Part shown: positions 25,392-39,261 of the stretch, in pieces
Layout: each line of letters begins with the position of its first letter
Numbering within the stretch: position 1 is the first letter of the stretch
Source of the DNA: Octopus sinensis
Lineage: Eukaryota
DNA length: 64,000 bases
Reading direction: 5' to 3'
Assembly: GCF_006345805.1 (NCBI RefSeq)
Contig: NW_021833658.1
Location: forward strand, 21,410 to 85,409
Translations under genes and position numbers: made by a program
Notes under the pieces: generated by a model
What the model was told of the DNA's origin: nothing
The model's database searches: none
Seen by the model: the letters and a program-made list of their open reading frames with translations, nothing else

Positions 25392-27006
25392 ACACATACG
25401 TGTCTGTGTGTATGCATGCATATTTATATATATGGTTGAAGATATGCAATGCAGCACTTGAGAAAACCTGCCCATCATGGGCAGAGGTTCTGGATATACA
25501 ATGTATATACACTATATACACACAGCTGGACCACTTGCCCAATTTGTAGCCGTTATGTATTCCCCAACATCCCTTATCTCCCAAACTCAAATCCCTCCAT
25601 CACTCACCTCACTACTACAGTACCTGTACCTGTATTTACCTGCATGTAGGACTACATTCTTTATCATCATTTTCTGTGCTATCAGTTATCCGTCCCTCTA
25701 CTTTTCAACATCCAAGCTCCATTCTTAACATAGTCACTCTCCTCTTGTATGTTCTATTGATCACACTCTTGTACTACCAGTTAACTCTCTTCTTTCTTAA
25801 GTTCTTCCTCTTGACCCCTCCTATGTAATGCAGACTATCTTCACCTCCATCACCATGTCTCTCACTCTCCCCACACACTTTTGCGATCTACTCACCCACT
25901 ACCCTCCTACTATATCCCTTTCTCTCTTTCCTTCACTGAAAATAATTATTCCGCTGTTCCTTTTCTGTACCACCATTTATCATCTCTTCCTTACCTTTTC
26001 TCTAATTTATTTATCATCTGTCACTCTGCTACTCTTGTTCGCCTTTGACTAAATTCACCCTAACTCCTTACACCATCTCTAACCTTTCTTTACTCTCCCC
26101 ATATACCCACCCAACCTGATATTCTATTCCCATTCTCTCTTCTGTTCACCTTTGTTTGTACTTTGAGACTCAGACACCTCATCACTGTCTTCTGTATCTC
26201 TCAGTCCAGTTTCACCCTTTTTATTTAATTCCAGGTAGCCACATACATATCTTCTCTGCTGTGGAAAATTTCTCCTTATCTCTTTTTTCATACTTTAATC
26301 TTTTAATATCTATTGTAATGCCACCTCCCTCTGTATGATACTTCCCCCATTCAGGGGGAGCCTTTAGTCTTCTGGGTTATATAGTGACTGCATTAGTACT
26401 GGTGCCATGTAAAAAGCATCCAGTACTCTGTGTGTAGTGGTTGGAGTCAGATATACGTGTATAAATTGCGTTGTCAGCTTGTCCCTCATATCTTATGATC
26501 AGTTTTCTCTTCCTGGACGAATATTTGAACCATTAATACTGGTGAATGTGGTAATGAGGTCACCCTCTGTCTCTATCTATCTATCTATCTATCTATCTAC
26601 CTCACACACACACACATATGACTGAGCTGTCCAACAATTCTTTACTTTTATGGGTGCAAAGCATTGGGTAACCTTAAATAAAATTTCTTTGTAATAATTA
26701 CTGCCCTATATTTTTAAAGTGTGCTTTGTTCTGATATATATTTTTTTTATTAACTATACATACATAACTGTATATATATATATATATATATAATATATAT
26801 ATATTATATATATATATATATAAATTATATATATATAATTTCCAGTAACGCTTGCCGTAATCTCCTTTAGAGAGACTTAGTAATTTTAATCTTCTATATT
26901 TATATATATATATATAGGGGGAGAGTTCACGAAAAAAACAAAAGACGAAGACAGGTGGTGTATAATACAAACAGATGTATTAGTATAAAGCTCAGGAAAA
27001 ACACAG

Positions 27007-27050
<44 letters not shown>

Positions 27051-27079
27051 TAGTAGCCCCTCTTTGTTACCAAGTACTT

Positions 27080-27720
27080 CTTCTTTCATTCGAAGTTTCT
27101 CATCTATATCAGTGCCTCTGATGGTGATTAGCAAAGTCAATTTTTAGATAGAACAATTGTCCACAGATGTCACATTTGATGGTCAGTAGAAGATTTGTTT
27201 GGATTTAGCAGGTCTTTGTCATCACAGCCTGTTATCCCCCTTCATCTTTTCAGTCATCTTCAAAGTGTTCTACATCAATCCTGATGATGTGGCACCACAT
27301 CGTACTGTATTCTTTGCATTGATTCAAGGATTTATAGTCTATATTATTGCCCTTCATTCTCTGCTTTCAGTTTGTTTTTGTAGTATTGCATGGGACAGGA
27401 GCATGACTTCTGCTGGCTCTGAGTTCACTGAAGAGGATTTGGCATAGAAGTCTGGTGCTATTCATGAAATGAATATGACCTCCCCATCTGAAGAATTGTC
27501 TGTGGATACCATCAAAGCTTTGGTTTTGGCTTATTTAAAAAGGAGTATAATGTCAACAACCTTGTGGTTTTTGATGCTCATAATTGATTGAAGTTTTCAG
27601 GGATTAAATTGTTCCAGTTTTTGGATATGTGTACAAACCAGTGTCAAGCTGTGTTCCATGAGGTCACAATTTGTAACTTAACGATTCAATAAATGCAAAT
27701 AGAGAAATTTAGCATCAGAT
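27080..27720 (-). mobile_element. Decayed RTE-type LINE 3' fragment
   Basis: HIQKLEQF, QFFRWGGHIHFMNSTRLLCQILFSEL and CDICGQLFYLKIDFANHHQRH* match RTE ORF2 C-terminal motifs. Confidence 0.65.
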
Positions 27721-27895
27721 GGAAATAAATATTAGGCTCAATGTCACCAGCTAAAACCTCTTGAAGGAAGTACTACAGCATGGCCACTGTCCTGTGCTTT
27801 AAGATAGAAAAAGAGAAAAGGAATATATATATGGAAGACTAAACAAGTCTTTGTGGAGTAACAAAATACTTGAGAATCATGCAATTGTCGATCTA

Positions 27896-28283
27896 GGCAC
27901 AGAAGTGGCTGTGTGGTAAGTAGCTTGCTTACCAACCACATGGTTCTGGGTTTAGTCCCACTGCATGGCACCTTGGGCAAGTGTCTTCTACTATAGCCTC
28001 GGGCTGACCAAAGCCTTGTGAGGGGATTTTGTAGATGGAAACTGAAAGAAGCCTGTCGTATATATGTATATATATGTATGTGTGTGTGTTTGTGTTTGGC
28101 CCCCCAACATCGCTTGACAACCGATGGTGGTGTGTTTATGTCGCTGTAACTTAGTGGTTCAGCAAAAAAGACTGATAGAATAAGTAATAGGCTTACAAAG
28201 AATAAGTCCTGGGGTCGGTTTGCTCGACTATAGGTTGTGCTCCAGCATGGCCACAGTCAAATGACTGAAAGGAGTAAAAGAGG
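27896..28283 (+). mobile_element. SINE family A
   Basis: Family consensus match. Confidence 0.9.
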
Positions 28284-28574
28284 AAGAACTTCAGAATTGA
28301 ATGGCTGCTTGTAGTTGTTGTTTAATCTCAGTCGACACTGATTGGACATTTTTATGTTTGATGATCCAGGAGTGACCGTAAATGTCTCTTTTTAGGAATA
28401 TCATGGACAAGTATACACGGTAGTATTCTAACAACAGGACTAATGGAAAATTGCTCCCTATGAATTAGGCTAGGGCAATCAAACAATAAGTCAACAAGGT
28501 TTTTAAGCTGTGCTATATCTTGATAGGGAGAAAATTATGAATGAATGAGGGAGAGAAAGAGAGGCATCTCCAAA

Positions 28575-28930
28575 ATCCATCCCCTCCTCACTGTGGCGGG
28601 GATGCTGGCAAAGGGTAGTGTCAGAGCTATGCCATTGGGAACTTCGGTTCCTGGTAGGGTCACCCAAGGCAGATTGGTCAGACACCGAGTGGTATTAGGG
28701 CCACAACCCGGCAGACTCTGGTGAAAATCCTCGGAGTGTCTGTTTCGGCAACCGGTGGCTCCTCAGTCATTCTGTCCCTGCGTCTGTGGACAATCTGCGG
28801 CAAACAAGATGTCTCTACATGCGGGATTGTCGGGGACCACTTGTGAATTCGATATTCCCACGAAACTTCTTCTGCCATGGTTTGAGATGCCTCGAGGGTG
28901 GTAGAAGAAACCAACTCGACCGGCCCAGGG
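28575..28930 (+). mobile_element. GC-rich repeat resembling an RTE/Expander-type LINE 5'UTR
   Basis: CCTGGTAGGGTCACCCAAGGCAGATTGGTC recalls the 5'UTR of Rex3/Expander-type RTE elements; from recall only. Confidence 0.35.
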
Positions 28931-29269
28931 TGAATGTCACCACGAGTACAAGTAAGAAAGAAAGAGAGCAGGAGAAAAAAAGTGAAAAAGAGGGAGACAC
29001 CGAAAGTGAGAGAGAAGGAGAGAGAAACTAAATTTTTCAAAGAAAATATTATGTTATCAAATTTTAGTAAAAAAATGTTATACCTAAAACAATCATGTCA
29101 GCACATGTGCCATATATCCAAAATGTCATAAAGAGGAGCAAGCACCACAAAAGAACACAGGTTGCTTATTTTTGACCAAAGACTACAGTATCTAATGTGT
29201 CCTCATTTTAAGATATTCTTGTGTGATTTGAGGTCAGGTTTGGTCCTTAATTTTAGGACATTGAATTAC

Positions 29270-29569
29270 CATAAAAAGCACATAAAAAGCACCATCCATA
29301 CATGGTCGATGCCAGCCCCACCTTGACTGGCTTCCATGCCGGTGGCACGTAAAAAGTTCCAACTGATTGTGGTAACTGCCAGCCTCCCCTGGCACGTAAA
29401 AAGCATCCACTACACACACGGACTGGTTGGCGTTAGGAAGGGCATCCAGCCATAGAAACACTGCCAGATCAGACTGGAGCCTGGTGCAGCCTCCTGGCTT
29501 CCCAGACCCTAGTCGAACCGTCCAACCCATGCCAGCATGGAAAACGGACGTTAAACGATGATGATGATG
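29270..29569 (+). mobile_element. SINE family B
   Basis: Consensus match and (GAT)n tail. Confidence 0.9.
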
Positions 29570-30262
29570 GTTCTTCATTCAACAACAGTCTCTTTTTAAA
29601 GCATAATATTACCAGAAGTGGGAATAATAAGTTGAATATATGAAACTATGCTCTAATAATCATTTCCAAAGTTACTTTCCTTACCTGTCAAATGTAACAA
29701 ACTGCATCTGAGACACCTGTTCAAGAATCCATACTTATTGCTCTTACATTGTCCTTTTGGTCGTATTTGTTTTCGGTACATACATTTTGTTTAGAATAAT
29801 CAAACAAATTGTTTAACATGTCAAACCCAGCAGATGCAGCTGAATTTCTTGCTCTAGAAAGCATTGTTATTATTTCATCATTGTTTCTTTTGTAATAATC
29901 TATTTTTGTTACAGACACATTTTCATAAGAATAATCAAACGAATTGGTTTATAATTAGTAGTTACTTCAAGTTTCAGAGCCATGAAGGAGAATACAATAT
30001 TGTATTGTGTGATACAATAAAGTACATTACCACAATGTACAATACAATGCATTAAAGTGCAGAACACTACAGCTGAACTCTATAAATCTGAGCAGAGCAA
30101 TGTGGTAACAAACAGGTTATGAACTCAAAATTTTCCATCCAAAAATCCCACATTTTACCCTTTCAGACATTAGCATTTCCACATGATTGAGCTAAACATC
30201 TAAGTAACCCATATGACTGTTAAACAAAAACAATACATACATATATATATAATATATATATA

Positions 30263-30322
<60 letters not shown>

Positions 30323-30357
30323 TATTATATATATATATATATATATAATATATATAT

Positions 30358-30397
<40 letters not shown>

Positions 30398-30954
30398 TAT
30401 AATAGAATAAAATAATATAAAATACAATACAATGAATAAATAAATGAAGAAATAAATGATGTTAAAAATATATTTTGATGATAACAATGAAGATTGATGG
30501 CTTAAAATATCGCGATATTGGCTAACGCCATCACTTCAGCCATTCGCAGACCTGCAGTCATCTGTAAGTACATTAATGTCGAACTGATAATATATATCTC
30601 CCACTCATTATGCACCCACACAGTCGTATACACATACAAGTAATTATACAGTCGTTTTTGTATATATACACAGACACACACAAACACACATATATATGAT
30701 ACATATATACGTATATAGACATACACATATGGATGTGTTTATATATACATATATATATATATCTATATACATATATAGACTCACACACATATGTATATAT
30801 TATATATGTGTGTATACATGCAGACACGCACAAATACCACACAGCTTATTAATCATGCTGAACCCACATACATATATATTGTATGACTATATGGGAAGTT
30901 ATTTTGTGGTTGTGTATATTTGTAAGTGTTTGGAAGTGTGTTTGTTTTGTATAA

Positions 30955-30989
<35 letters not shown>

Positions 30990-31496
30990 CGCTTTGGTCT
31001 CACCATCGATCATTATCAAGTTCATGATAAAAAGCGATAATCTTTTTCACTCAGCAGCATTCATCTAGTGATACACACACACACATAGAAATACGTATTT
31101 ATTTACATATACATAAACACGCAGAGACACACGTTTGTCTATTTTACATCCATTTCCTCCATACTAACATTGGCTTGACAAACATCTTATGAAGGCATTG
31201 TTTTACAGCTGGATGCCCTTCCAGTCACTAACACTTGCCTATTTTTCCAAGTTAATGCTCTCTTATTCCATGTCTTCAAATCTGTAAAGTGATTTGATGA
31301 TTTCTTGGCAAGGGAGATTTCAGTAGTACCACACACTTTTGTAGAACACAAATGTACACAAACACACACATATACATGTTCATGCACAACATGCTCATAT
31401 ATACAATATGTGTGTATATATATGTTAAATATATATAGTAAATATATATATGTATATTAATATATATATATATATATTAAATATATATATATACGT

Positions 31497-31695
31497 GCTG
31501 GTGGCAGGTAAAAAGCACCCACTACACTCTCGGAGTGGTTGGAGTTAGGAAGGGCATCCAGCTGTAGAAACTCTGCCAGATCAAGACTGGAGCCTGGTGC
31601 TGCCGTCTGGTTCGCTAGCCCTCAGTCAAAATCGTCCAACCCATGCTAGCAAGGAAAGCGGACATTAAATGATGATGATGATGATGATGATGATA
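31497..31695 (+). mobile_element. SINE family B (second subfamily)
   Basis: CTCAGTCAAAATCGTCC variant and (GAT)n tail. Confidence 0.9.
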
Positions 31696-31881
31696 ATAAA
31701 TATATATATTAAATATATATGTGTTAAATATATAAATATCTTAAATATATGCATAATATATGTTAAATATATGTTAAATATATGCATAAGTATATATATA
31801 TATATGTGTGTGTTAAATAAGATAAGATAGCAAGGTCAAGGCAATTTGACATTCCCAGAACATTTTTAAATAGAAAGGTGG

Positions 31882-31927
31882 TCTTACAGCTGTTTCAGGG
31901 AAATAAACAATATCCTATCATCAGAGA
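31882..31927 (-). ncRNA. Minimal hammerhead ribozyme motif with canonical core, in a Penelope-like end
   Basis: TCT-CTGATGA-[T AGG..CCT]-GAAA-CAGCTG-TA-AGA: intact CUGAUGA and GAAA, self-complementary stem III ACAGCTGT, GUA site, 3-bp helix I, imperfect stem II. Confidence 0.6.
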
Positions 31928-32164
31928 TGAGTTAAAAGAGCTTCACTTGAAGGAATTAGAATTCATTTTGTTAGAAGTTATTCTGAAGAGGAAGAGATAT
32001 ACAAGAAATTAGATATAATGCAGAAAATATAAGAGGAAAATATGACAATAAGAATACATGTTGGAAGTTAAAGTCGCTGTTCCGTTATCCAAGAAATGCG
32101 TTGTGTAGAATTGGTAAAGAGACTTCTTGTCCATGATGTATAAAGTCTGATAAGAATTCACACA

Positions 32165-32391
32165 TTAACCCTTTCGTTACTGTATTTATTTTGAGATGAT
32201 CTGTGTTGCTTTCAATTACTTTAAATATAACAAAGAATTCAGTAAAATAACTTAGTTATCATTCAGCTTGTGTTAGGAACATAAATTGTGACTAAAGTTT
32301 GATGGAAGATTTTCAATTCAAAACTTATGTAAAGACATTTGTACTACAGAACCAGAGGCAGTTTCAGCCGGGTTGGAAACAAAAGGGTTAA
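32165..32391 (+). mobile_element. TTAA-type MITE, copy 3
   Basis: TTAA at both ends and TIRs. Confidence 0.9.
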
Positions 32392-32479
32392 TATATCTAT
32401 GTACAAGCTATCAGTCTCTCCCCTGAGTGCATATATATAAAAAATGGATCAAAGTTCTATCCCAGAACATAGGCTCTTA

Positions 32480-32665
32480 AGGCAAGTTCCTCAGATTCTG
32501 TGGTGTATACATTCCTCCTCTAGTTAGCTGAGTGGAGTGGAACAACGAGAGATGAGGTGTTTCGCTGTTTTTCTCAAGATGCTTCACCTGATCCAGAACT
32601 CGAAACCACAATTTTATGATCGTGAATGCAACACTTCTTAACCATAAACCTATGTGCCGCCACAT
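32480..32665 (-). mobile_element. SINE family E, decayed
   Basis: Reverse complement similar to the 17745 copy. Confidence 0.6.
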
Positions 32666-32679
32666 GCTACAGGAAGCTA

Positions 32680-33095
32680 TATAGCTGCACTTCACACTAG
32701 AAATAGCATCTAAAATACAAATAGAACAGCATCATCTTGAAAGAGAAGGTCATATTGGATAAATGTAACCCCATTTGTACAGTTCCTGAGAAACAGACTG
32801 TATAGTCATTGGTGGAAAAAACTTCATAGGAGGTCAGCTCAGTCAGGGCTAAAGACTAAACAACTATAACAAACTGGATTGGTCCCAGATCTACTCCGTC
32901 AAAGTTGGCCTGGAGTCAAACAACAATAATATTGCTTTGAATGAAGGTCTGCTTGGTCAAGACTGACCTGGTCTGTAAAGATTGATCTGATTAGACCGAC
33001 CTGGGGTTAAACAATGACAACTTGGCTTTGATCAGTGTTCTGCTCAGACAAGACTGATCAAGGGTTAAACAAGAAGAAAAGCAACAACAGGTTCA
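32680..33095 (+). mobile_element. SINE-like family F fragment with reiterated 3' terminus
   Basis: Body related to 35710-35795; GACCTGGGGTTAAACAAC-like end repeated about 5 times and related to 52205-52330. Confidence 0.45.
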
Positions 33096-33157
33096 GAAGA
33101 AACTTTCAGTGTAAACTTAGTTCCAACATGTCAGTATATTTTTGCCTGAATTTATAA

Positions 33158-33440
33158 CATCATCATCATCATCATCATCATCATTTAACGTCCGTTTTCC
33201 ATGCTAGCATGGGTTGGATGGTTCGACCGGGGTCTGGGAAGCCATGGAGGCTGCACCAGGCTCTAGTCTGATTTGGCAGTGTTTCTACAGCTAGATGCCC
33301 TTTCTAACACCAACCACTCCGTGAGTGTAGTGTGTGTTTTTTACGTGCCACTGGCACAGGGACCAGAGCAGGCTGGCAAACGGCTACGATCAGTTGGTGC
33401 CTTTATGCATCACTGACATGGATGCCAGCCAGGTGGCGCT
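33158..33440 (-). mobile_element. SINE family B
   Basis: Consensus match. Confidence 0.9.
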
Positions 33441-33489
33441 TATATATCTTTATTATTTAATGATGGCATTGAAATAACAAGCTATGGGC

Positions 33490-33800
33490 AGGTGCTGCAG
33501 GTCAGTTTAGCAGTATGTAGAATGGACAGTTGAGTCTTGGAGGAAATGGGAATAAAATAAAAGTTAGTGATGTTAGACAAGCATTGAAAGCGGCAATATT
33601 TTGGCCACATTATTAGAGCTCAGAACAAATCTACCCACATTTTAGTGGGTGAGTGAATGGAAAATAGGCTTATGGGTAACAAAGGCAAAGATAGAGCAAT
33701 GACAGAAAGGCCTGGATGAGGAGGACTTGGGAGGACTTAGGAGGAGAGTGTTAACTGCAGTGTGTGGCAAGGAATGATAGTTATGTTCAGGCTCTCTGAC
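33490..33800 (+). mobile_element. Decayed RTE (BovB-like) ORF2 C-terminal fragment
   Basis: VLEEMGIK...RQYFGHIIRAQN..THIL resembles the VL..MG...YFGHI.R motif. Confidence 0.5.
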
Positions 33801-34257
33801 CTCAAACAATCACCATATTCATTCACTTTGTATAAAACACGGAACAACATTTGGTCCTAAGTTAGTAATTGAATTAGTTTTAAGGGTTTGTGAGTGGGTT
33901 TAGCACTGATGAGGGAGAGACAAGGACAGTTTTACAGATTTTAGTAGAGTGAATGAATAAACGTTTATGGAAGTATGTACGTGTGTATTTCTGTATCTCC
34001 GTTCATGTGAGTATTCGCATATGTAAGTATATATGTGTGTGTGTGTGATTGTAAGCAAGAGAGAACAACACATCTCCCCTACTTTTATATGCTTTAAGCA
34101 TAAATGAGCATAGCTGTGTGTGTGTGTTTGTGTGTGACCATGTTTGCATGTTTGTGTGTAGAATCGTGAATGCATAAATTATGAGAAATGCATTGAAATA
34201 AAATACACACACATGCACACATACATGTGTGATGGTGACGATAATGATTATATATAT

Positions 34258-34296
<39 letters not shown>

Positions 34297-34464
34297 CATA
34301 CATACATATATATACATACATACATACATACATACATATACACACACAAATACACACATATTTATTATATATATATGCATACATGTAAATACATACATAC
34401 ACATGCACATACATGCATACACACATCACTACACGTGCTATTTTTTCTCCTCTCTTCCATGAAG

Positions 34465-34544
34465 GTAGGGAAAGAAATATTCAAAGAAAACATAAGGAAT
34501 GTAGAAATTTGACTGTTCAATTTGGTTCTGACTGCCAACTGCAC
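34465..34544 (+). CDS. Candidate internal exon (phase 1 to 0), xRERNIQRKHKECRNLTVQFGSDCQLH
   Basis: Long pyrimidine tract then ccatgaag| and donor CAC|gtaagc; open frame; no homology recognised. Confidence 0.25.
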
Positions 34545-34677
34545 GTAAGCAGCTAAGGTTTTTGGTTTTAGCACAGTGGAAGATCAATATGGCAAAATAA
34601 ATGTCTCTACGTGAAGCTATATCATATTATTCAGAGCTTTTTCTTTATGGATACACAACAACACACACACCATATAC

Positions 34678-34721
<44 letters not shown>

Positions 34722-34827
34722 TATAATTAATATATATATATATATGTGCATTATGCACATATATATACATATACATAAATTTATATATATTTACTATATA
34801 AACATATGCATGTATGTATATGTATAC

Positions 34828-34886
<59 letters not shown>

Positions 34887-35380
34887 ATGTATATATTATG
34901 TATATTTTGTGTATGCATATAGTGTCTGTGTCCTTTCTAATTCTATCATATTTCAATTCCATTTCTTTCCTAACTCTTTGTTCTGCACAACAACAACAAA
35001 AACAACAACCACTACTACTACTACTACTACTACTACAGCTTTTAGTTCTATGTTTCTTCTTGTTCTTTTCTTCCTTCCACTGGTCTATGTCATTCCACTG
35101 AAACATATCTAGCATCAATCCATGCTCGTCATTTTTGCAATTTATCCATGATATCTTCTGTTGGTGATGCTGAACTTTCTGTTGTTATTGCCGTTGTTGT
35201 TGTTGTTGATGTTGTTACCGTTGTTGCTGTTTCTGTCTTTTAACATTCCACTGCTACACATACACACAAATATGTATGTGTGTGCGTGTGTGGGCATGTG
35301 TGTGTGAATAGAGACACACATATATATATATACATACACACTAGAGTGAGATATTGTTTGTTTTGAAGTTTATATACATA

Positions 35381-35411
<31 letters not shown>

Positions 35412-36217
35412 TGTAGACACATTGCATTTGGAAACCAATGTCTGATTGATCAGATGAATTCAAAGAGAGATCGACTAGTTCAATCAGTAATTCAGTACAT
35501 TGTCCAAAGACCAACTGGTACGAAGCATTGGTTCCCTCATCTTTTGAAAGCTTTTGTCTGTCTCAGCCGAGAAGTTTCTCAAAGTTATTTTTTCTAATGC
35601 TGATATCGGAATACATCGGGTTGTCGTCTAATGAGTCTGACTTAGTCTCATGTGTTTATAAGCTGTTTGCAGATATGGACATTGTGATTATCTTTCAATA
35701 ATATAATTCATGTGCCAACAAAGGGAACATCTATGTGCTTGAAATAGCTGCTAAATGTCCTTCAAATAAAACCCTACCATTTTAGAAAAGAACTATACTT
35801 TAGAGAATGTGGCCCTTCCTTCTTTGTGTCCAAGAAAAAGACAGCATTGTCAAAAGGGGAAACAGCTGTGAGTTTATTTAATTATTTTATCCATTCTGAC
35901 TTAGGAATACTCAACAAGAATATATTTCATTCTGATATTATCAGCATAACTCTGAGTTTTTGTGGTTTGTACCTTGCTTGTATTCTTTTATTTTTTACAT
36001 GTTTCAGCCCTAAGGCTGTGGCCATGCTGCAGCACTGCCAGTATATGTTTTATTGAACACTGAAGTTGCAACAATCTGTTTTCTGTCACGTCTGTTTTAG
36101 ACCATGTGATCAGCATAACTTGTATCAGTTTAATGATTCCAACAACTTTTTTTCTTGGTTGTAGTTCAGTTGGTTAAGTTTACTATGTTAAAAACTGGGT
36201 CTGAGAAAGTTAGGAAA

Positions 36218-36400
36218 TCATCATCGTTTAACGTCTGCTTTCCATGCTAGCATGGGTCAGACGATTTTGACTGAGGGCTGGCGAACCAGATGGCTGCACC
36301 AAGCTCCAATCTTGATTTGGCAGAGTTTCTACAGCTGGATGCCCCTCCTAACGCCAACCACTCCGAGAGTGTAGTAGGTGCTTTTTACATGCCACCGGTA
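36218..36400 (-). mobile_element. SINE family B
   Basis: Consensus match. Confidence 0.9.
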
Positions 36401-36948
36401 TGTAAATGTACTCCATAATGGCTTTTAATTGAGCTTTGTAAGCAGTGGGTCTCCTTTTTGCATGCATCTTATTTACAATATTGTGCGCACTCTATACTTC
36501 TGCACAACTTTGTGGAATTGTACAAGAGAGACATATTCTCTCCAAATCATCTTTCTACCAATGGTAAACCTAGAATTTTACAATCCATCATCACAGACAC
36601 CTTATAATTCTCAGAGTGTAAGACAAGGTTTGATGGATTTTATGCCCTTCGTAGAATCCATTACTTTATTCTCATATGGCATAAAATGCATTGTCTTACA
36701 AAATGTACGTCCCCGCTAATCTTGTTTTTTTTTTTTTGTTTTTTTTGTCATCTCTCCTGAGTTCAAGCATCTTTTATTTTGTCATCTCCTCCATCATCCC
36801 TAGCAGTTCTTTCCACATTTCTTCCAGTCTTTCCTCTTCCTTGAGTACCTTTCACCAAGATCACAGTAACATTCACTATCCATTCACATCTCATATCACA
36901 AGTCCACACCAACACAGTCATCTTCCCAGCAGGATTCAGTCGATATCT

Positions 36949-37176
36949 TTAACTCTTTCGTTACTGTATTTATTTTTAAATGCTCTGTATTTCTTTCAAT
37001 TACTTTAAATATAACAAAGAATTTAGTAAAATAACTTAGTCATCATTCAGCTAGTGCTAGGAACATAAATTGTGAGTAAGGTTTGGAGGAAGATTTCAAT
37101 TCAAAACTTATGAAAACAGGACATTTATACTCAGAGCCAGAGCCAGTTTCAGCCGGGTTGGTAACAAAAGGGTTAA
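36949..37176 (+). mobile_element. TTAA-type MITE, copy 4
   Basis: TTAA ends and TIRs. Confidence 0.9.
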
Positions 37177-37836
37177 TACCTATCTACTGTGTTACCTTGT
37201 TCTGTTTCATGCAGTCATCTATTACACATTCCACAGATCACAAATTCTATCATTTTTTTCCATACTCCTCAAATATCCAACTTTCAATGCTCCATATATC
37301 ACTGCCATGTAGTATCTCTCTTCTTCCGTGAGTTTCATATAGTCTAGACTTTCTCAGAGATAGATAAATTTTTTGTTCCTTCTTTCATGCCAATACTGGT
37401 GCAACGTGGATTATATGGATTAAAGATGAATTTATCCTTCTTTTGTTTTTGGCTTTGTTTTCTGTTCTTCTACTTAGTATTTTATATTTCTCCTTGGCTG
37501 GATGATGAAAATTGTATTCTATACTATAAGCAAGCCTCATAAAGCCTGTGAACTTAGAAGTAAATGTAGGAGTAAAACTATGTCAGTGGCTGATTTTTCA
37601 TTTCCTCTCCACAAAGATGTTGCATGTAAATTGTATGTATCGTAATTGTCAACATTGTCATTGCTGTCACCGTTGCCGTTGCTACCACTGCTGCTGTTAT
37701 CATCATAGTCATTTCAGCATCCAATTTTCCATACATGCATGGGGCAAATGAAATTTATTGAGGCTGATTTTCCACCACTGGATGCTCTCACTGTGCTCAA
37801 CTCTAACCTGTTTCCAAGCAAGGAAATACTTCCCAA

Positions 37837-38340
37837 TCATCATCATCATCATCATCATCGTTTAACATCTGCTTTCCATGCTAGCATGGGTTGGACGTAT
37901 GACTGAGGGCTGGTGAACCAGATGGCTGCACCAGGCTTCAATCTTGATTTGGCAGAGTTTCTACAGCTGGATGCCCTTCCTAACGCCAACCACTCCAAGA
38001 GTGTAGTGGGTGCTTTTAATGTGTCCCCGGCACGGCACCAGTCAGGTGGCACTGGCAATGACCTCAGTCGAATCTTTTACACATGCCACCGGCACAGGTG
38101 CCAGTAAGACGACGTTGGTAACGATCACGCTCAAGTGGTGTCTTTTATGTGCCACCAGCACGGAGGCCAGATAGCCACTCTAGCAATGATCATGCTTGGA
38201 TGGTGCTCTTGAAGGCGACGCTGGTAACGATCATGCTCAAATGGTGCCTTTTAAGTGCCACTGGCACGGAAGCCGGTTAGCTCTTTGCTCCCCACTAGCA
38301 TGGACGCCAGTCATCAAATTTCATTTTGATTTTGATCCTT
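37837..38340 (-). mobile_element. SINE family B with internal tandem units
   Basis: Consensus match; repeated GGTG(C/T)CTTTTA(C/T)GTGCCAC units. Confidence 0.9.
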
Positions 38341-38579
38341 GATTTTTGACAATGGTGAGATATATTATCTCAGAAGATTAGAAACAACAGACTCCACTTG
38401 TATAATGGTGACATATGTTTACAACTAGCACATGGTGTAAAGATAAAGAAGGACAAATACATACACACGCACACACACACACACACATATATATACATAC
38501 ATAAAAACGGCAGGCTTCTTGCCTTTTATTGACCAGAAGCAATTAGCGAAGATTCTTGCCCTTTTTGTACTCAGTTTTG

Positions 38580-38890
38580 TACTCTTTTAGCAAATCTGTA
38601 CAATATTGTTCTTGCTGAGCAACATTACACATCTGGCAGAGAATGCTTGCTTCATATCCCATCAATCTACAGAGATACTCTGGATTCTAAACCCACATTT
38701 TACAATCATGGCATATCATGCTTCATACACATCCCAACAGGCAATATATTCTTTGCTCAAAGACAGAATTCCCTTATTGCCCACTCAAATAATAACTACA
38801 TGAATTTTACCACAGTGTTCTTATTCTAGTTGCAATCATTTCTGTCAAAGCACCCTTCTCTGCTGGTGATTTGGTTGCCTAAGTTACATA
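38580..38890 (-). mobile_element. Decayed RTE-type RT C-terminal fragment
   Basis: LGNQITSREG...ATRIRT and EASILCQMCNV resemble YLGDxISSGGG..ARIR..EASMLRWMCNV. Confidence 0.55.
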
Positions 38891-39169
38891 AGCTATCGAG
38901 TACCTCTCTCACCCTTTCTCTCTCTGTCTCTCTCTCTCCAATATATATATATGTGTGTGTGTGTGTGTGTATATATATAGGGATAGATAGATAGATAGAT
39001 AGATAGATATAGATATACGTAGATAGTTAGATAGATAGATAGATAGATAGATGTATATATGCATATATATGTATTTATGTATAAATATATATATGTATGC
39101 ATATATATATGAATGCATATAGACACACATATATATTATTATATGTGTATATACATGTCATCTATGTCA

Positions 39170-39219
<50 letters not shown>

Positions 39220-39222
39220 TGC

Positions 39223-39261
<39 letters not shown>

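Noticed and set aside
30508-30521. Perfect palindrome AATATCGCGATATT
   Set aside because: A single 14-bp palindrome with no supporting context
35803-35866. Exon candidate with strong gtgagt donor
   Set aside because: Directly continues a family F fragment; all three frames are open, so it is uninformative
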